DNA of 64,000 nucleotides, from NCBI GenBank assembly GCA_013265495.1, contig MU058584.1:124001-188000 (forward strand). Direction: 5' to 3'. Made by a program: the position numbers and the translations under genes. Source of the DNA: Vicugna vicugna (lineage: Eukaryota). Positions 1-14,695 of this stretch are shown in pieces. Numbering within the stretch: the first letter of the stretch is position 1; each line of letters starts with the position of its first letter. The notes beneath the pieces are model-generated. The model worked only from the letters and a program-made list of their open reading frames with translations, was not told where the DNA came from and did no database searches.

Positions 1-92
1 TGCTGAACACTGGAATTTGACACAACACTGTAAAATGATTATGAATCAATAAAAAATGTTAAAAAAAAAGAAAAAAAGAAAAAAAAATAAAA
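1..92 (+). mobile_element. 3' end and A-tail of a young (camelid-type) L1, cut by the window edge
   Basis: tgctgaacactggaatttgacacaacactgtaaaatgattatgaatcaataaaaaatg followed by an A-rich tail; reverse complement of the L1 3' termini at ~26905, ~27405 and ~55180. Confidence 0.85.
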
Positions 93-2071
93 TGCTATTT
101 ATCAGACCTTGAAAGAAGTACCACATTGTGTGGGAAAAGCAAATTGCAGAAAAATGTTTACAGTATGATAACATTTATATCAAGTTCAAATAAGAAAAAC
201 TTTACATTATGAATGAATGTGCATATGTGGTATAGCTATAAAGAAAAGCAAGGGAATTGTTATTACAGATTTCAAAAGTGACAGTGAGCAAGTTTAACTC
301 ATCCCTGGAGGGGAAGGGGTAAGTATTTCTTCTTGATGCTCCCAAATTATCCTGTATACGTATCATAGAATGTATCACACTTTACTAATTGTTGGTGTAT
401 CTGTCTTCACCACTATAGACTCTTGTGTTTTTTTTTTAAAAGACTAGAAGTTCTGCCTTATTTCTTTTTCAGTGTTCTCAGCATCTAGCATAATGTGTAT
501 AGTTCATGGCAGACACATGTTGCACTGAATTGCTAAGAAGGGTTTTGTCATGGTGACAAAGAGAAAAGGACATTCCAGGCAGAGAGAATACTCTGAACAA
601 ATGTTTAGAGAGATGAAAGAGGATGGCTTGGAATAAGATGCAGTCAGGGATGGTCAGAGCTCACCTTGTTTTTAGTTGTACTTGATGTATTGTAGCTACT
701 TAGTAAGTATTTGTTGGATAATGGTTGAGTGACTAAATGAATGAATGACTGAGTGTGAATGAGCATGGAATATATGGTGGGGAATGGTCTGAAACGATTG
801 GGCAGAAAAGGCAGGCTGTGACCAGGTCATACAGGGCATCACGTTTGCTACAAAGGAGAAAAGCATGAAACAGTGACTAATGCAAGGGAATGTTATAGTG
901 AGTACTAAGTAATATGGTGTGTGTTATGAGCATTGTACTGAAAAGAGGGAGATAAATGAAGATAGTTATTGTAAGGAAAGGCTTCACGGAGGAGAATAAA
1001 ATGAAAGATTTATAAGAAGAGGAGAGATGGACATTCCAAGGGAAGGGTATGACACATGACAATAACCAAGGTATAATGCAGAGATAGGAAAGAAGTTGTC
1101 CCCCCTCTTAAAAAATAAAAAAGGCAAAAAATTTTCCAATCCTGAGCCTCTTATGACTGATTACATTTAAAATTTTTTGTTGGACATTTTCTAAGATACC
1201 TTAATTTTCATAGCTATTCCTTTATCTCATTACTACTACTTTCTGCACTATAAATGTAGTTTCTTCTAATTATTTTTTATATACTAAACCTTCTAACAGA
1301 TGTTGAAATTGGATAAGATACAACATAAATGGTTATTAAGTTTAAATTTTATGAGATTGAAGGGTATATTTTCTTTGTTGGGAGAGGGCTTGATCTTTTA
1401 TAATTTCCTCCTCATGGGTTCCTACTTCCTTGAAGCAATGGTCAAAGAGCACACCTGACATTGTTCATACCAAAGGCATGGTTTTTCATTGCTACTCTAT
1501 GCTGTGTTCTGTTTAATTTATAAGTTTTATTATTGTTTTAAGTTTGTACTTCATGACTATTTTGACAGTAGGTAAGTTTAACTCACTCCCAGCTGACCCC
1601 AGGGTTGATGTAAATCTCAGACTTGTACCGATATCCAGGAAATACGATGAGGTAGGGAAATGAGCAGTGTTCATTTTAAACACTTGTAAAAATATTTCTG
1701 CATGGAGGGAAGTTGAATTAATTTAAGAAATCAGAGGAAAATAAGGCAAGAGAAAGGGAAAATTGATTAATTTTGATGGAAAGAAAAGAATTTCCAGAAG
1801 GTTTTGTTAGCAACATGAATTTTAACCAGCAGCAAGTTTTGCTAAAAATACTTCCTTCTTTATAAAACAGGGTGATTGAGAGCCTATTGGAAAAGCATCA
1901 GTCTAAACCCTACTTGCAATTTGTTATTTATTATCAGCTTTTTTATTTTCTGAGCTTTGTTGACTGTTGAGTAATGGTAGGGCTACAGTTTTTATCACAG
2001 AAGTCTGTGTGATATTTTGCAAATTTTCCTTTCCTCAACAGTTTGGATGATTTTTTTGTTAAATTCTCTCA

Positions 2072-2242
2072 TAGTGGTTTTCAATCTTGCTTGCACATAA
2101 TCACTATGAAATCTTAAAAGGAGAGCTAACTGAGCCCTACCCTAGATCTCTGGAATCTTAGTAAGATGGGTCTAAATCATTTGTTTTTAAAAAGAATTTT
2201 CTTCAGGTGATTCTGAAGTATGTCCAGGGTTGAAAACTACTG
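2072..2242. mobile_element. MER5-like hAT-Charlie non-autonomous DNA transposon
   Basis: Imperfect terminal inverted repeats tagtggttttcaa ... ttgaaaactactg; internal caggtgattctga...ccagggttgaaa typical of MER5A. Confidence 0.65.
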
Positions 2243-2338
2243 TGTATAGTTTCGTATTTCTGTTCTTTCTATACATTGAAATGGAATGGAACCTATGGAA
2301 ATTCTAAGAGTACTTATCCCTTAAATTAGGAGGTTATA

Positions 2339-2342
<4 letters not shown>

Positions 2343-2372
<30 letters not shown>
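2343..2372. repeat. (CA)n microsatellite
   Basis: Directly visible, about 15 CA units. Confidence 0.95.
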
Positions 2373-2376
<4 letters not shown>

Positions 2377-4539
2377 AATGAGAAGTTTTATTGAATCTGT
2401 ATACAGACACTTGTATATTTGTAGGTTTGTCTTATATAATTGAGGAAATTTATGGACCTGTGTTTTGGACAGCATAGAATCCACAGCATAACCCTGTGAG
2501 AGGAACTTCTTCCTGGCACATAGGATTGCAGTTTATAGATTCCTTTGTTATATATTCCCCTTTCTATTTTAAAAGTCACTATATTCGTCCTCCTTTTCTG
2601 CAAATAATAAAGCAACATCCCGAGGTTTTAAATATATTAGGGCTTTTAAAAACATTAGCAGGTGTTTGAAGTTGACAGTATTTTTTCCTTGTTTGTTCTG
2701 TGTTAGGTGCTATCCCCTCATGAGAACCAGAATCTTTTCAGTTTGGGACATCAGACTTGGATGAGGAAGGGTAAATCATACTACTCAAGGGCCAGCTACT
2801 CTGGTTTTCTTATGAGACTATGTTACAAGGAAAAGGTGACCTCAGAGAATATAGTATTGAATTTGAGTTGTCTGGAACTGGTTAGAAAGTCTCTAATTCC
2901 AGTATTCTCTAAGTTTGTCAGCTTTTCAGTATTTTTACAGGAAGAACTGTAGCTTCTTATCCTGAGATGAGCCTGTCTCCAAATCTGGTTTCAATTTTTT
3001 TTCTGTTCAATTGCTAAGCACATTTTGCTGTATGATATCACTGTTGGCTGTAGGCTAAAAGTTACTGTATAACTTAAATGTCAGGCTTCAAACCACCAAA
3101 TATACATAGTTTTGTTCAGCCAGACTTTTAAATGAAATCTAATTCAAGTTCTTGGCTAAAAGTACTTTCCACATTTATCAAAGTGACACATAAACTAAAG
3201 AAATACAATACATCTAAATACCAGGTGTTATCAAATCCAGGATTGCAGAGAGGTAGTGGAGCTAAGTACAGTTCTTTCTTCAAATAGTCCAATCTATTCG
3301 TGTTCTTCTAAAAAGTGTCCATGCAGAGTAATTGGTACTTTTTTCTTCTAGCCTCTGCAGATTTAATCTTCTGTTTAAAAAAAATGGCTTAGAGTCCATC
3401 AGTAGTGCAGAGCTGAGTTTTGAGGCCATGGAAAATTCTCTTGAGGATTTTCTTTAGTTTTGTCTTATGATCATATGAGTTGCATATAGAGTGGTGTATA
3501 AGGAGTATCCCAGTGGCTTTATTATATATCACTTGGCAACCTTCCCCCTAAACTTGAATTTTTATAATGAAGGGAAAAGCAGTTGAAATCAGAAATCTAC
3601 ATTCTTTGATAACGTCCTTCTTTACCTTGAGTAAGTCGCTATGTCACTTTCAAAGATAAAAGGATGTAATGTAGTAACTTCTGCTGCTTCTGTCTTGTGA
3701 GGATGTCAGTGAGAAACTAGGGCAGATGAGAAAACTGTTGTTTTAAGTTGGTTACTTTGATATTTTCTTTAGACTACAAATCTTAGTTTAACATAAAATA
3801 AGTGGATGATTTGTCTGAAAAAGCTTTCTCAAACACAATTTTCAGTAGTAAGCTGTGCAGAACATAAATAACAGAAAAATACACAGCTTTACTTTGTAAC
3901 ATGAAGGTCTAGCCTAATATTAAGGTAGTAGAGAATAACTTTGAAACTTTCGATTATATCAAAATATATGTGATTATCTGTTGCTTCTAGGCAGTTTGCC
4001 ATTAATGCCTTATTTTCTCCAGATTTGACCTGTTTTGTCATTTCAGTAAGCATTTGAAACTTATATTTTAAGATTCATTCTGCAAATTGTTTTCAATCGA
4101 ATTATGGCTGCTGTGGCATGAACTGTGTGTGCTGTGCATTTAGATTTTATGGTGTCTGTGTTTTCCAAACATAAACTGGCATTAATATCTTTTGTTCACA
4201 GTCAGTTTTATCATAATCCATGATCTCGGAGGAAGTAGGATTGAGGAATTACAGGTACTCTTTGTGCCTTTTATGGCTTTTTATTTCAACCTTTTTACTG
4301 GAATTCTCAGTAAAGCAGCATTACTTGTTTTCATTTTTCCTCCCCATCCCCCCACCTTTTTGATGTGAATTTGAAAAGGAGAAATAAATGGAAATAAGGC
4401 AGTTGGAAAAAAGATGGATAAAAAAGTGGACACAATTAGTTCCAGAATCTAGGTTGGCTGTCTGTTGATAGCATTGTGCTTGATTGGTAAATGTAGTGCT
4501 TTTAGTGTGTTTTGTTGTGTTAAGCTTTTATCAGACATT

Positions 4540-4720
4540 TGCTACGTACCAAGTACTAGTGTAAGCACTTTATATAAATTAATTCCTCCTTGAACTATAA
4601 GGTAAGTATTATAATTTCCATTTTACAGATGAGGCAACTGAAATCACAGCTAACATGTGGCAGAACTGGGGTTCATAATCTGCATTTGGAGCCCTTGTGT
4701 TAATCACTAATAGAGCATTA
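4540..4720. mobile_element. MIR SINE fragment
   Basis: MIR core-like ccattttacagatgaggcaactgaa; boundaries approximate. Confidence 0.6.
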
Positions 4721-4892
4721 GCCATTCATGCAGAGGAAAAGAAGTTGGTATTTACAGATAGAAGAGTTAGGACTCTATCCAGTAGCTTTACCCATTTTCC
4801 CAAAGCTTAAGATTGGATGTGAAAGGAGAAAATATTTACTTTATGGGTTGATATAGGATTGATGTGACTATAACATAAAAGAGGTTGCACTC

Positions 4893-4990
4893 ATACACTG
4901 GAATTTGACACAACATTGTAGAATGGCTATAACTCAATAAAAAACTGTTAACAGAAAAGAAAAGAACAACTTTAAAAGAGGAAAAAAAGA
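4893..4990 (+). mobile_element. Very short 5'-truncated L1 3' end
   Basis: cactggaatttgacacaacattgtagaatggctataactcaataaaaaa plus A-rich tail, similar to the terminus at 1-92. Confidence 0.65.
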
Positions 4991-5145
4991 GATTGCACTC
5001 AAATTTATAGGCATCTTTTTTTTGACATTTAGCATAATGATTAGCATGTGCCTTTCTGAAGTGAGAGGATACCAAAGAGTTGTTTGCACACAAACTTTTT
5101 ACATTAAACATTGACTCATTGACTTCAGCAATCTAGTAACTATAG

Positions 5146-5500
5146 TGTATTAGTTACCTACTGCTATTAACAAACCACCCTAGAACTTAAGGGCTTGTAA
5201 CAACAACAGTCATTTACTTTACTAAAACATCTGCAGTTTGGGAAAGGACTCAGTAGACATAGTACTTCTTTGCTCTGTGGAGTGTCAGTGAGGATGGCTC
5301 TGATTGGAGGACCTGCTTTCAAGATGGCTCAGTCATCCTGGCCAGTGAGTTGGTGCTGGCTTCAGCAGGGACCTGAGCCAGGCTATTGGTTACGATTCTT
5401 GGTTTTTTTCTTGTTTTTTTCCTTCATTTGGGCCTATCCACAAGCTGCTTGGCCTTCCTCCATGGTATAGTGACTGGATTCCAAGAATGAGCATCACCTC
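5146..5500. mobile_element. MaLR LTR fragment (MLT1-like)
   Basis: tgtattagttacctactgct...aacaaaccaccc...aacttaagggctt and ttcaagatggctca...tggccag motifs typical of MLT1; subfamily not determined. Confidence 0.6.
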
Positions 5501-6665
5501 TTAGAAGAGTTCTTGTTTTATGATTGTTCATTGAATGGATGAAAGAGTCTCAGGTTGTTTTCTTGCTCTTGTTGGCTCTCTTGGCAAACTGCAACTATAA
5601 AGTACATGTTTCATCTCAGGGTCTGGTAATCCCTGGTTCTGAGAACTGCTAGAGGGTTTTTTTTGTTTGTTTGTTTAGCTTGGTTTGGTTTGGTTTAAAT
5701 CTTGACTATTATTGATCTGTTTTTTCATCCATTCAAATTTCTGTTTCTAGTAGATTACCTGCACTTACTACTAGCCTACAGAAATCATCTATGAACCATT
5801 CAATAAACAGAGAAAAATAGCTTTTTTAAGATTTGGAGAACTCCCTGTTTTTTAGCTTCAGTTGCAATGAAAATTAACATAATTATGACTAGTTTAAGTT
5901 GTATGTGTGGCCTTGTAAAATAAAATACAGACACACACGATGTTTTATTGATAAGCCTGATTTCTAAGCCCTTGATTAATGAGTTAAAAGTGTTTAATAT
6001 ATCTACTGCAGTATTTGACTGATATTGATATATATATTTGCCACCAGTACTTATGCCCATCAAGAGAACATACATTGATGAAGAAAGTATTAGGGAGGGT
6101 GGAGAGAAAGAAGTAATTAGGACATTTTTACAGGCATTAAAACAATTTTTGTTAGCCTCATTTGATAGCCTGCCTGCTGGGCTTGTGAAAGGCTAATGTA
6201 TTTGGCTGTTGATAAAGAGAGTAATTCCCATTTCATTTGAAATATTTCCTCATTGAAAACATCAGTTTTCAGCATCTATGATGACTCATATTCCAGTTAT
6301 TATCTAAGTTTAGAATTTGTTCATATGTATGTTGTACCTATTTCTACTTTATATGTATGTATATATCATGTAATTAAAGACTTTTTAAAGCATATAAAAC
6401 ACTGACTTTGTTTAAAAAGTTTATAAACAAGCTACCTCTATACTTATAAAAGTTCTTTTCAAAATAGTTTTTGATATAAGTACAGGATGCTAACCTAGGA
6501 ATTTGACCATGTCAGTAAGTTGTTTTGACTTGCTTCTATGCCTAGCATTTTTGGTGTGTGTATGGACCTACAGAAGGAATTCTGTCTTGCTTCAGAGCTA
6601 CATGTAGTACACATGTATATGACATATTTTTATTTCAATTATTTCTTCACATTTTAAAATTTCAG

Positions 6666-6797
6666 CCTGTTGGAACAGGATTCCAGGGGAATGAATCCTA
6701 GTGTGAACCCTGCAAATCAACGGAGGCATCTTCTAGGATTTTCTGCTAAAGAGGAGCAAGACACATCAGATGGTATCATCCAGAAAAACAGCTACAG
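6666..6797 (+). CDS. ATF6: ATF6 coding exon (equivalent to human exon 10), luminal juxtamembrane region with the site-1 protease site
   Basis: Acceptor tttcAG at 6664-6665, donor GT at 6798; 132 nt, phase 2/2; translates (S)[43 protein letters not shown](R); RRHLL at 6721-6735 is the known S1P RxxL site. Confidence 0.96.
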
Positions 6798-9405
6798 GTT
6801 AGATGGAATGTCTCTGTTTGTTAAATTGATTTAATGAAACTGAAGCAGAATTATATAGTATAACTTTACATCTAAATTGTTTATACACTGTTTTAACTAA
6901 TAGAGCAAATAAGTTACAAGGACATTTATACATTTTACTGTTAAGGTCTGTTCCAAGAATAAATTTGCTTTTTAAAAGCTTTCCTAATTTTAGAATTCTT
7001 ATGGAGGTGGGACCTTAAACCTCAGTTTGTGTGCACTGATAATACATATTGAAACACATGCATTATTTACACATTACATGGTGTATTATGTCTTTAATAT
7101 AGTCGTTTTATCTGTCTATCATATGTTTATACATATAATATGTTTAATATTTGTTACTGTATCATCTGATGGATATGATTTGGTGGAATAATATGGTTGA
7201 ACCTGTTTACAGGCATTAGGTAAAATCATTTGTACATGTTTACTGTGATCTTTATTGACTCTCCTTCCCTTGTTATAATTTAATACTGTCTTGAAAAATT
7301 TCCATACAGCTTGTCAACAGTAAAAGACTTGTAACTCTATGACAGTACAGTTTCTATATGATGTTAACCAGAAGGTTATAGTGGACCTTTTCAGACCTGT
7401 ATACTTTTTGATAAACATTTCCCTGTACTACTTGGAATTTTTGTCAGAGCCAAATGGAGCTAGGTCTTTGACTAACAAGGCAGAGGGAGGTTATAGTGTG
7501 GCAACCATTCTCAGAATAATGCTTGAAAACCATGAAAGATTTGTTTACTCTTAACTCTCTTAACACTTTACAGGTCAAAGGCCATAGGGGAATCATTGTT
7601 CTGATTTTTACTCTGTTACACCCAGTTTAATGAGATTATTGCCATAGTCCTTCAGGCTTGTCCCCTTTTTGTCTTCCTGAAAATAAAATGCTAGTGTAAT
7701 TTTTTTAAAGGAAACTGCAGTGTACAAAGTACTATGGTAAGTGTGGTGTAGGATCCAAAGAATTATGTAGTCATAACTATAAAGCAACATAGAAGTAATA
7801 GATCAGAATGCTGGGAAACCTAGCATTTCCTGCTTTTTTTCTACATGGCAAAATCAGCCATACTTCTGAAATACTGATCTTAGTGATCATATAACGGTAT
7901 CCCTGAATATTGCTAGAGTTTAATAATATTTTTAATTTTACTAAATAATTTTTCCAAGTTTGCCCTACGTGTTCTATAATTTTGAATTCTGTTGTCTACA
8001 TGGGATCCATCAACAGTTACATTTTTACTAGATAGGCTTTGGATTTATAAGAGTTGAGAGTGTGCCACTTAGGAATATATAGCTTGCTGCTAAAAATAGA
8101 ACAAATTATTGATAAGACACCTGAAATTACAGTTCAGAAAAGCTTTGTGAGAATGTTCTTTAGTTTGCACTAACTACAATAAATAGAAGTCTTCATTTAT
8201 TTGTCCATGTTAGAGTAAGGTAACATGGTGGCTCCTGGAAAGATCACAGATCATACTACGCTAATCATAGTAATTCAGCCTAGAGATCTGAATGACTTCT
8301 AGGCTGTAATTTATCAGCTTTCAATGTACTGCATGAAATACAAGTCATCTCTCTGTCCCCCACCCCAAAGTCACCATTGCCTGTGTGTAATCTGGGTTTC
8401 TGGTCTTAGTGAAAAATGGAAATGATTATTGGTTCTTGGCTACATGCAAGTCTCTTGAAATATCAAAGATTATCATTGAGCCACTAGGAAGATTTAGGTA
8501 CATGTCAGTCCATTAACTTGATGTTCTTGCTTTTATCACTGAAAATACTGAATAAAAGATTCCCCCCAAAATGTTTGTGAAACATTTGAAAGCACCAAAT
8601 ATGAATTTATTTTAAACTAAATTTTAGCTAGTTTATTTATACTCAGCCATGACACTTGTACTTATTTTTTAATGCAGCTTATTTTATGTTTTGTTTCATT
8701 TTTGAGAAGAGTTATGAGAACTGGTTCAAATAAAAAAGCAGTAGATTCTAATCTTGTAATTTATAATATTGCATTTGCCTATCATTTAATAATTAACTGC
8801 ATATAGTATTCAGTCTTAGAAATGTACAGTATATAAATAAGATGACCAGATAATTTGTCAGTGAAACTTTTAAGAACGAAAGGTAGTGCTAGTAATAATT
8901 ACCTCAGGATACCAGGCATAAATCAGGACTGTCTTGGATAAAAGGAAGAAAATAGTCACTCTACATATAAGGCATCAAGTCAGAACCTGTAGTTATTACG
9001 GGAATTCTCATTAACTCTAGCAACCTAATACTGTCCTTCACTTTAGTGGTTTATTTGTTGAGAAATTTTTCTGTTGATATGGAATGGTTTGCAAGCAGCC
9101 TAGAACTCTGACCATCTCAGGAGTCGTGTGGATCTAATTGTCTCCAGATTGTGTGTTGGCTTAGATTGTCCCTTTCCTCTTTGACTCCACCCTGTCTCTT
9201 CCCTGATATTTCTTCTATCAGATTTTTTTTTTCTTTTCCAAAGAATATTTTTGGCTGATAGAACAAAGCCAGTCAGCACAGATATGCAGAAATCATCTAC
9301 TTGAGTTTATCACATGGAAATAAAATCAGAATTACATTTTCAAAAGGGGTTTTAAACTTTTCTGACGGACTACAGCATTTGTATTTCTATAAGTATGCAA
9401 ACCTG

Positions 9406-9570
9406 TTTTTATTTTTTTATTTTTTATTTTTTTAAACATTTTTTATTGATTTATAATAATTTTATAATGTTGTGTCAAATTCCAGTGTAGAGCACAATTT
9501 TTCAGTTATACATGAACATGTATATATTCATAGTCACATTTTTTTCTCTGTGAGCTACCATAAGATCTTG
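9406..9570 (-). mobile_element. Short young L1 3' end
   Basis: T-rich tail, then aacattttttattgatttataat...gtgtcaaattccagtgtagagcacaa; near-identical to the 26905 and 55180 copies. Confidence 0.85.
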
Positions 9571-9615
9571 TAAGAGAAGTCCTGAATCTGGTCCTTCAAA
9601 GGCGAGACTACGTTC

Positions 9616-9785
9616 TTTTTTTTTTTTTTTTAAGTTTTTATACTTAATTAGTTTATTTATTTTGGTGGGGGGGAAGGTAATTATGTTTATTTAGCACTTA
9701 TTTATTCTTAGAGGAGGTACTGGGGATTGAACCCATGACCTCATGCATGCTAAGTATGTGCTCCACTTGAGCTATACCCTCCCCC
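9616..9785 (-). mobile_element. tRNA-derived SINE (camelid vic-1-like)
   Basis: Reverse complement reads GGGGGAGGGTATAGCTCAAGTGG (A box)...GGTTCAATCCCC (B box), then AT-rich tail and poly(A); two more copies in the window. Confidence 0.85.
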
Positions 9786-10189
9786 TGATTCTTAAAATGA
9801 CACATATGTGACAGATCTTTGTTCTTGATGGGTTTGTTTGTTTGTTTGTTTGTTTATTTTAGTGTGGCAAACAGCCTTTTCTTATAAGCATTCAGAATTT
9901 ACCAAGTGTAAGGCAGAGTTTTTTTTCCTTCTCCCTCAACTCTTAATTTAGGCTGATCTCCTTTTGTGTGTGCAGTCATTACCTGTGGACCACCATGTCC
10001 ATTTTATTCTAAGTAACTTAATCCTAACAGGCAGAAGAAGGGATGTCAAGAATGTTTCTGGTGCAACCTGCAGGGAAGAAAGATCTGTATTCCCTAAGCT
10101 GTTTCTTTTTTTCCCTTGTGTGTAGCATACAGAGAAGTCTCTAACTTTTACCTTGAAGTTAGTTTTCCACTCTGTCAAAATTATTTTTG

Positions 10190-11362
10190 TCAAGAGGGCC
10201 AGTGACTTCAGTGTTGCCAGATTCAGTGGAAAACTTCTGTATTCATCTTACTTGATCTTTCTTCAACATTTGGCTGTGTAGATCACTCCTTTTTGAAGCG
10301 TTCTCCTTTTGTATTTGCTACATTTTTAGTTTCCTCTTTTTCATGGGCTTTGCTTCATCTTCCTATGCTCCTTCTCTATCCAAATATTAAGGTTGGAACT
10401 CTGAACTTTTTTGTTTTCTTTCTGCCTAGGTGACTCATTCATAATTTAGCACACAATCCATTTCTAGACATCCTGATGACTCTTGAATTTGTTTCCCATC
10501 CAGACTTCTCTTCTGGGTTTCCAGAGTCATATATCCAGTAGTTTCTTTGACTTGTCTTTTAACATTTCGAACTTAACACCTGCACAGTGGAACTCTTCTC
10601 TACAACAGGATTCTTCATTTTTATTGCTCAAGCCAGAAACCCTGATTCTTTCCTTTAAACAAGTGCTGTTGATATTCTTTCCAAATACTATCTTGAATTG
10701 GTTCATTCTTCTTCATCATCAGTGCCACCAGCTTAGTCCACAGTATCTTCAGCTCTTGCCCGGGATTGCTATCGCTCTCTCCTAACTGGTTTTCCACCTT
10801 CCCCTTTTGCCTCCATCAGAACTGTTTTTGGTACAATAGCAAGGTGCAAACACAAATTGAAATATATCACTTCTCTACTTAACACCCTTTTGTGGCTCCC
10901 TATTACGTTTAGTAATTCCTTATCATAATCTGTTCTCTGTCTTTCTAACCTCATCTTGTGCCTTCCTTACTTGCTCACAACTCTTCAGCTGTTGAGTAGT
11001 CTTCCTTAAATTCCTTGAACCCTTCTTTTTCCCACCTGCCTCTATCTACAACACTGTTCCCCCAATTTCTATAGGACTGGCTCTTCTTATCCTGACTTAA
11101 ATACTATTTCCTTCTCAGATCATTTTATCTAAAGTAGACATTGCCATTGGTTTTATATTTCAACCATATGTTTGTTTCTTTCATAGCTCTTACCACAACT
11201 TGTATTTATTTTATGTGTTTGTTTTCTTGTATTTGGTCCATTTTCCCCATTAAGGTCTTTGAGGATAGAGACTTCATTTCTCTTGTTTTCTGTTGGAATA
11301 CCAGCACCTAGCACATTTCTTGGCACATGGTTGATATTCAGTAAATATTTGTTGAATGAATT
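10190..11362 (+). mobile_element. L2 LINE remnant
   Basis: Pyrimidine-rich degenerate L2 sequence ending in the L2 3' signature cagcacctagcaca...tggcacatgg...aaatatttgttgaatgaat. Confidence 0.7.
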
Positions 11363-11746
11363 AAGAAAAGTGCAAACCTGGCCATGTCCAATTTTATGTT
11401 TGTAGTTTTTCTGTTTGGATTTTAATATATCCAGTTTTCTAAATCCAGAGTATCATATATAAAGAAATTCACGACAGATCTAAGATTTCTTGGCAAGAAA
11501 GCAGTTCTTAGCAAGAAAGTTAAAATAGCAGACTGAAGAGAATAAATGGCAATAATGCCTCAGATCAAATTCTAATTTTCAACTCAGATTTTGCTCCCTA
11601 TATCACACCCTGGATATGAATTCATATGATCTAGATTGCTGTGATGGTTAGGAAAGCATATTTTTTGAAGCACATGGAATGACTGGTTAATGTCACTCTG
11701 GTGTTTTGTTAATGATTCCTCCATGATTCTAAAATTTATATTTAGG

Positions 11747-11906
11747 TTTTTTTTTAACTTAAAATTTTTTTTTTTAATTTTGTGGTGGGTAGGTAATTAG
11801 GTTTTTATTTATTTATTTATTTATTTTAGTGGAGGTACTGGGGATTGAACCCAGGACCTCATGCATGCTGAGCACATACTCTATCACTGAACTATACCCT
11901 CCCCCC
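11747..11906 (-). mobile_element. tRNA-derived SINE (camelid vic-1-like)
   Basis: Homologous to 9616-9785; flanked by a probable target-site duplication ta(t/c)atttag at 11737 and 11907. Confidence 0.85.
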
Positions 11907-12413
11907 TACATTTAGCTATTCAGTGCGTTTACTTTTCTCCTGCCAAGTATTTTATGCTTTTCCCTTCCCCCTAACGACACACACTGTTTTAAGGAGACTG
12001 TTCAATTCTGTTATCACAGAATTGGGGATGACCACAAAACTTTAATCCTGGTTATCTAGTACTTGCCTGTCAATCAGTGGGTCTTTCCCCCCTTACTATG
12101 TCACCTCTTTTCCAGCAATACTGTGTATGCCTTTAGCTCATTGAAGACATGAACCATGTGTTATCACTGTATCCCTAGTTTCTGGTACATAACCATTGCT
12201 CAGTAAATGGGAACTACCATGTTAATCTCGGAAAATTGGAAAATGACATTTGTACTATATGGTCTATACTTCCCTCCTTTTCCATTACATTGGCTTCTAA
12301 CTTACAGTATGTTCTATTTACTGTATTTTTATCTCCGTGTAAACTGAATATGAATACTGGTGGTGATTTTCTTTATAGCAGACTTCTTCTTAGGAACTTA
12401 AGATACAAGATGA

Positions 12414-12554
<141 letters not shown>

Positions 12555-13580
12555 TGAGTTTTATAGATTGTTGCAGGTATATCTCAGTGGGTTCCTGTGT
12601 TTAGCTTTGGAACCTGGAAAAGTATTTGTTCAGATTAACCAAGTGGCTGAGAAAATCTCTGAATTATTTATTGGATAAGCATAAGCACATCAGTTGTTGT
12701 CTGCTTTCCCCACCAACCTGATAGAGATGGTGATGGATCTGTTTCATATGGTGGTACTGGGGTTGTATATGTAAACATGTCCTATTTGAAAACTACAGAA
12801 TGATATTAGTATAAAAATCTAGGGTAAGTGTTAGACATGCAGGTAGTAACATTCATAGTGGAAGGTACCTTTTTCTTCAAATGGGAAGATAATAATTTGA
12901 AGATTTGTGATTCTGGAGTCACTTTTGCATTAGTGTACCTTTCTTTATCTACTTTTCCCTTGAATTTTTTCCTGTGATTTTGAATCCTATCCTTGAACCT
13001 CAAAAACTGCTTCAGTTTTGGGGTTTTTTTGGTGATACATAGTAATCAACTATAGTTAAGTAAATATAGTCACAACTATTCTAAAAAATAAGCAAAATAA
13101 AGGGAAGTTATATTTGAGCTAGGCTTTTTTTTTTTTTAATTCCAGTGTTGGAAAATCTGGATTGAAATTTCTCTCTTTCTCTTTTCCTCCTCCCAAAAGA
13201 GCATGATTTTCAAAGGTTTTAATGCCTCCATCTGTTGTTAGGAGTCTTATGACTTGTTTCGTGTTCTCCAGTGTCTCCAGTATTTGTGTGTACATAGTCC
13301 AAGAGCAGAAACAGGAAATACATTTTTGTGGAAAAATCTTTGCATCCAGTATTTATGTTTGGCAGGTATTTAGCTATGATTTTCTTTGAATTTTGAACTC
13401 ATGATTGATGAGGTACTGTATAAAAATGCATGTCTTATTAAAAACAACATTATCTTAGCTTTCTCAAATTAAAAAGCAGTTTGAATCATTAGGCACTTGG
13501 AATGCTTTTTGGAACGTAAGAATATGATTAAATTCATTTCCAGCCATGGTTGAGATATCTTTTCTATGAAATACGTTTAA

Positions 13581-13718
<138 letters not shown>

Positions 13719-14411
13719 TGAGCAATAGTTAGCATATTTGTTAGAAGACTTCCCCCAGATGGATTGCTCTCTTCCCTGGGAGATTTGGGAAGCTTGAACT
13801 TTGGCCACTTCCTGCTGCCTCCTGCTGCTTCTGATTTCGCTTCACCGCCACTGAAGCCCTCCTCCCAGATTTCACAGCATCATTTAGGTTTTACAGCAGT
13901 AGTATTTCCTGCTCAGGCATAGTGCTGTTTCCTGCTGTCTCCCTCACACTTACTTTCAAGCCCAGGGGTTCCTGTGCATGGACATCTGTATCAAATGTTT
14001 TTGGCACAAGTGATATAATAAATGATACTGTTTATCTCCTTTGTTCTTAGAGCTTTTCAAACATAGGACAGCTTGGAAGTGAAGGCACGTCTTCATGGAG
14101 AGCATTTTTGTACTTAGACATGTAGCACTATAGGTTAATGACAACTCTTATTTAGAGCCTATTTAGTTGAGCTTCTGTCTTTAATGTTGTCTACCACAAA
14201 GCACCATTTACTGTCTTTCTGTTGTTCAAATATTTATTACTACTTCTGAAGCACCTGGACCCACACATTGCAAGCTCCCAACATATGCTACCTGTGGTAG
14301 TAATAATGAGCCAGGTACTGTTCTAGACCCTGGGAATATAGTAGTGAGTATGGTAAAGTCCCTGCCTTTGTGGAACTAACATTCTGGTAGGTGAGATGAA
14401 CAATAAACAAG

Positions 14412-14695
14412 TAAAGTGAAATAAGTCAGACAGAAAAAGACGAATACCGTATGACTTCATTTACATGTGGAATCTTAAAAAAACCCCAAGCTTCCAGTAC
14501 AGAGGACAGATTGGTGGTTGCCAGAGGTGGCAGGTGAAGGGTATAAAGTTCCAGTTATAAAATAGAAAAATCATGGGGATGTCATTTATAGCGTGGTAAC
14601 CATAGTTAATAATACTGTAGTGTATATTTGAAAGTTGCTAAGAGAGTAGATCTTTAAAGTTCTCATCACAAGGGAAAAATTAAATTAAAAAATAA
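14412..14695 (+). mobile_element. Old L1 (L1MA-like) 3' end
   Basis: aagtgaaataagtcagacagaaaaagac...tacatgtggaatct...atttgaaagttgctaagagagtagatctttaaagttctcatcaca. Confidence 0.75.

Noticed and set aside
9700..9785. tRNA gene (A and B boxes)
   Set aside because: Head of a SINE with an AT-rich tail and multiple diverged copies; no clean cloverleaf.
9391..11380. tgcaaacctg repeated at ~9396 and ~11371 as a target-site duplication of a 2-kb insertion
   Set aside because: The interval includes an ancient L2 and the architecture does not fit one retrotransposition; probably chance.
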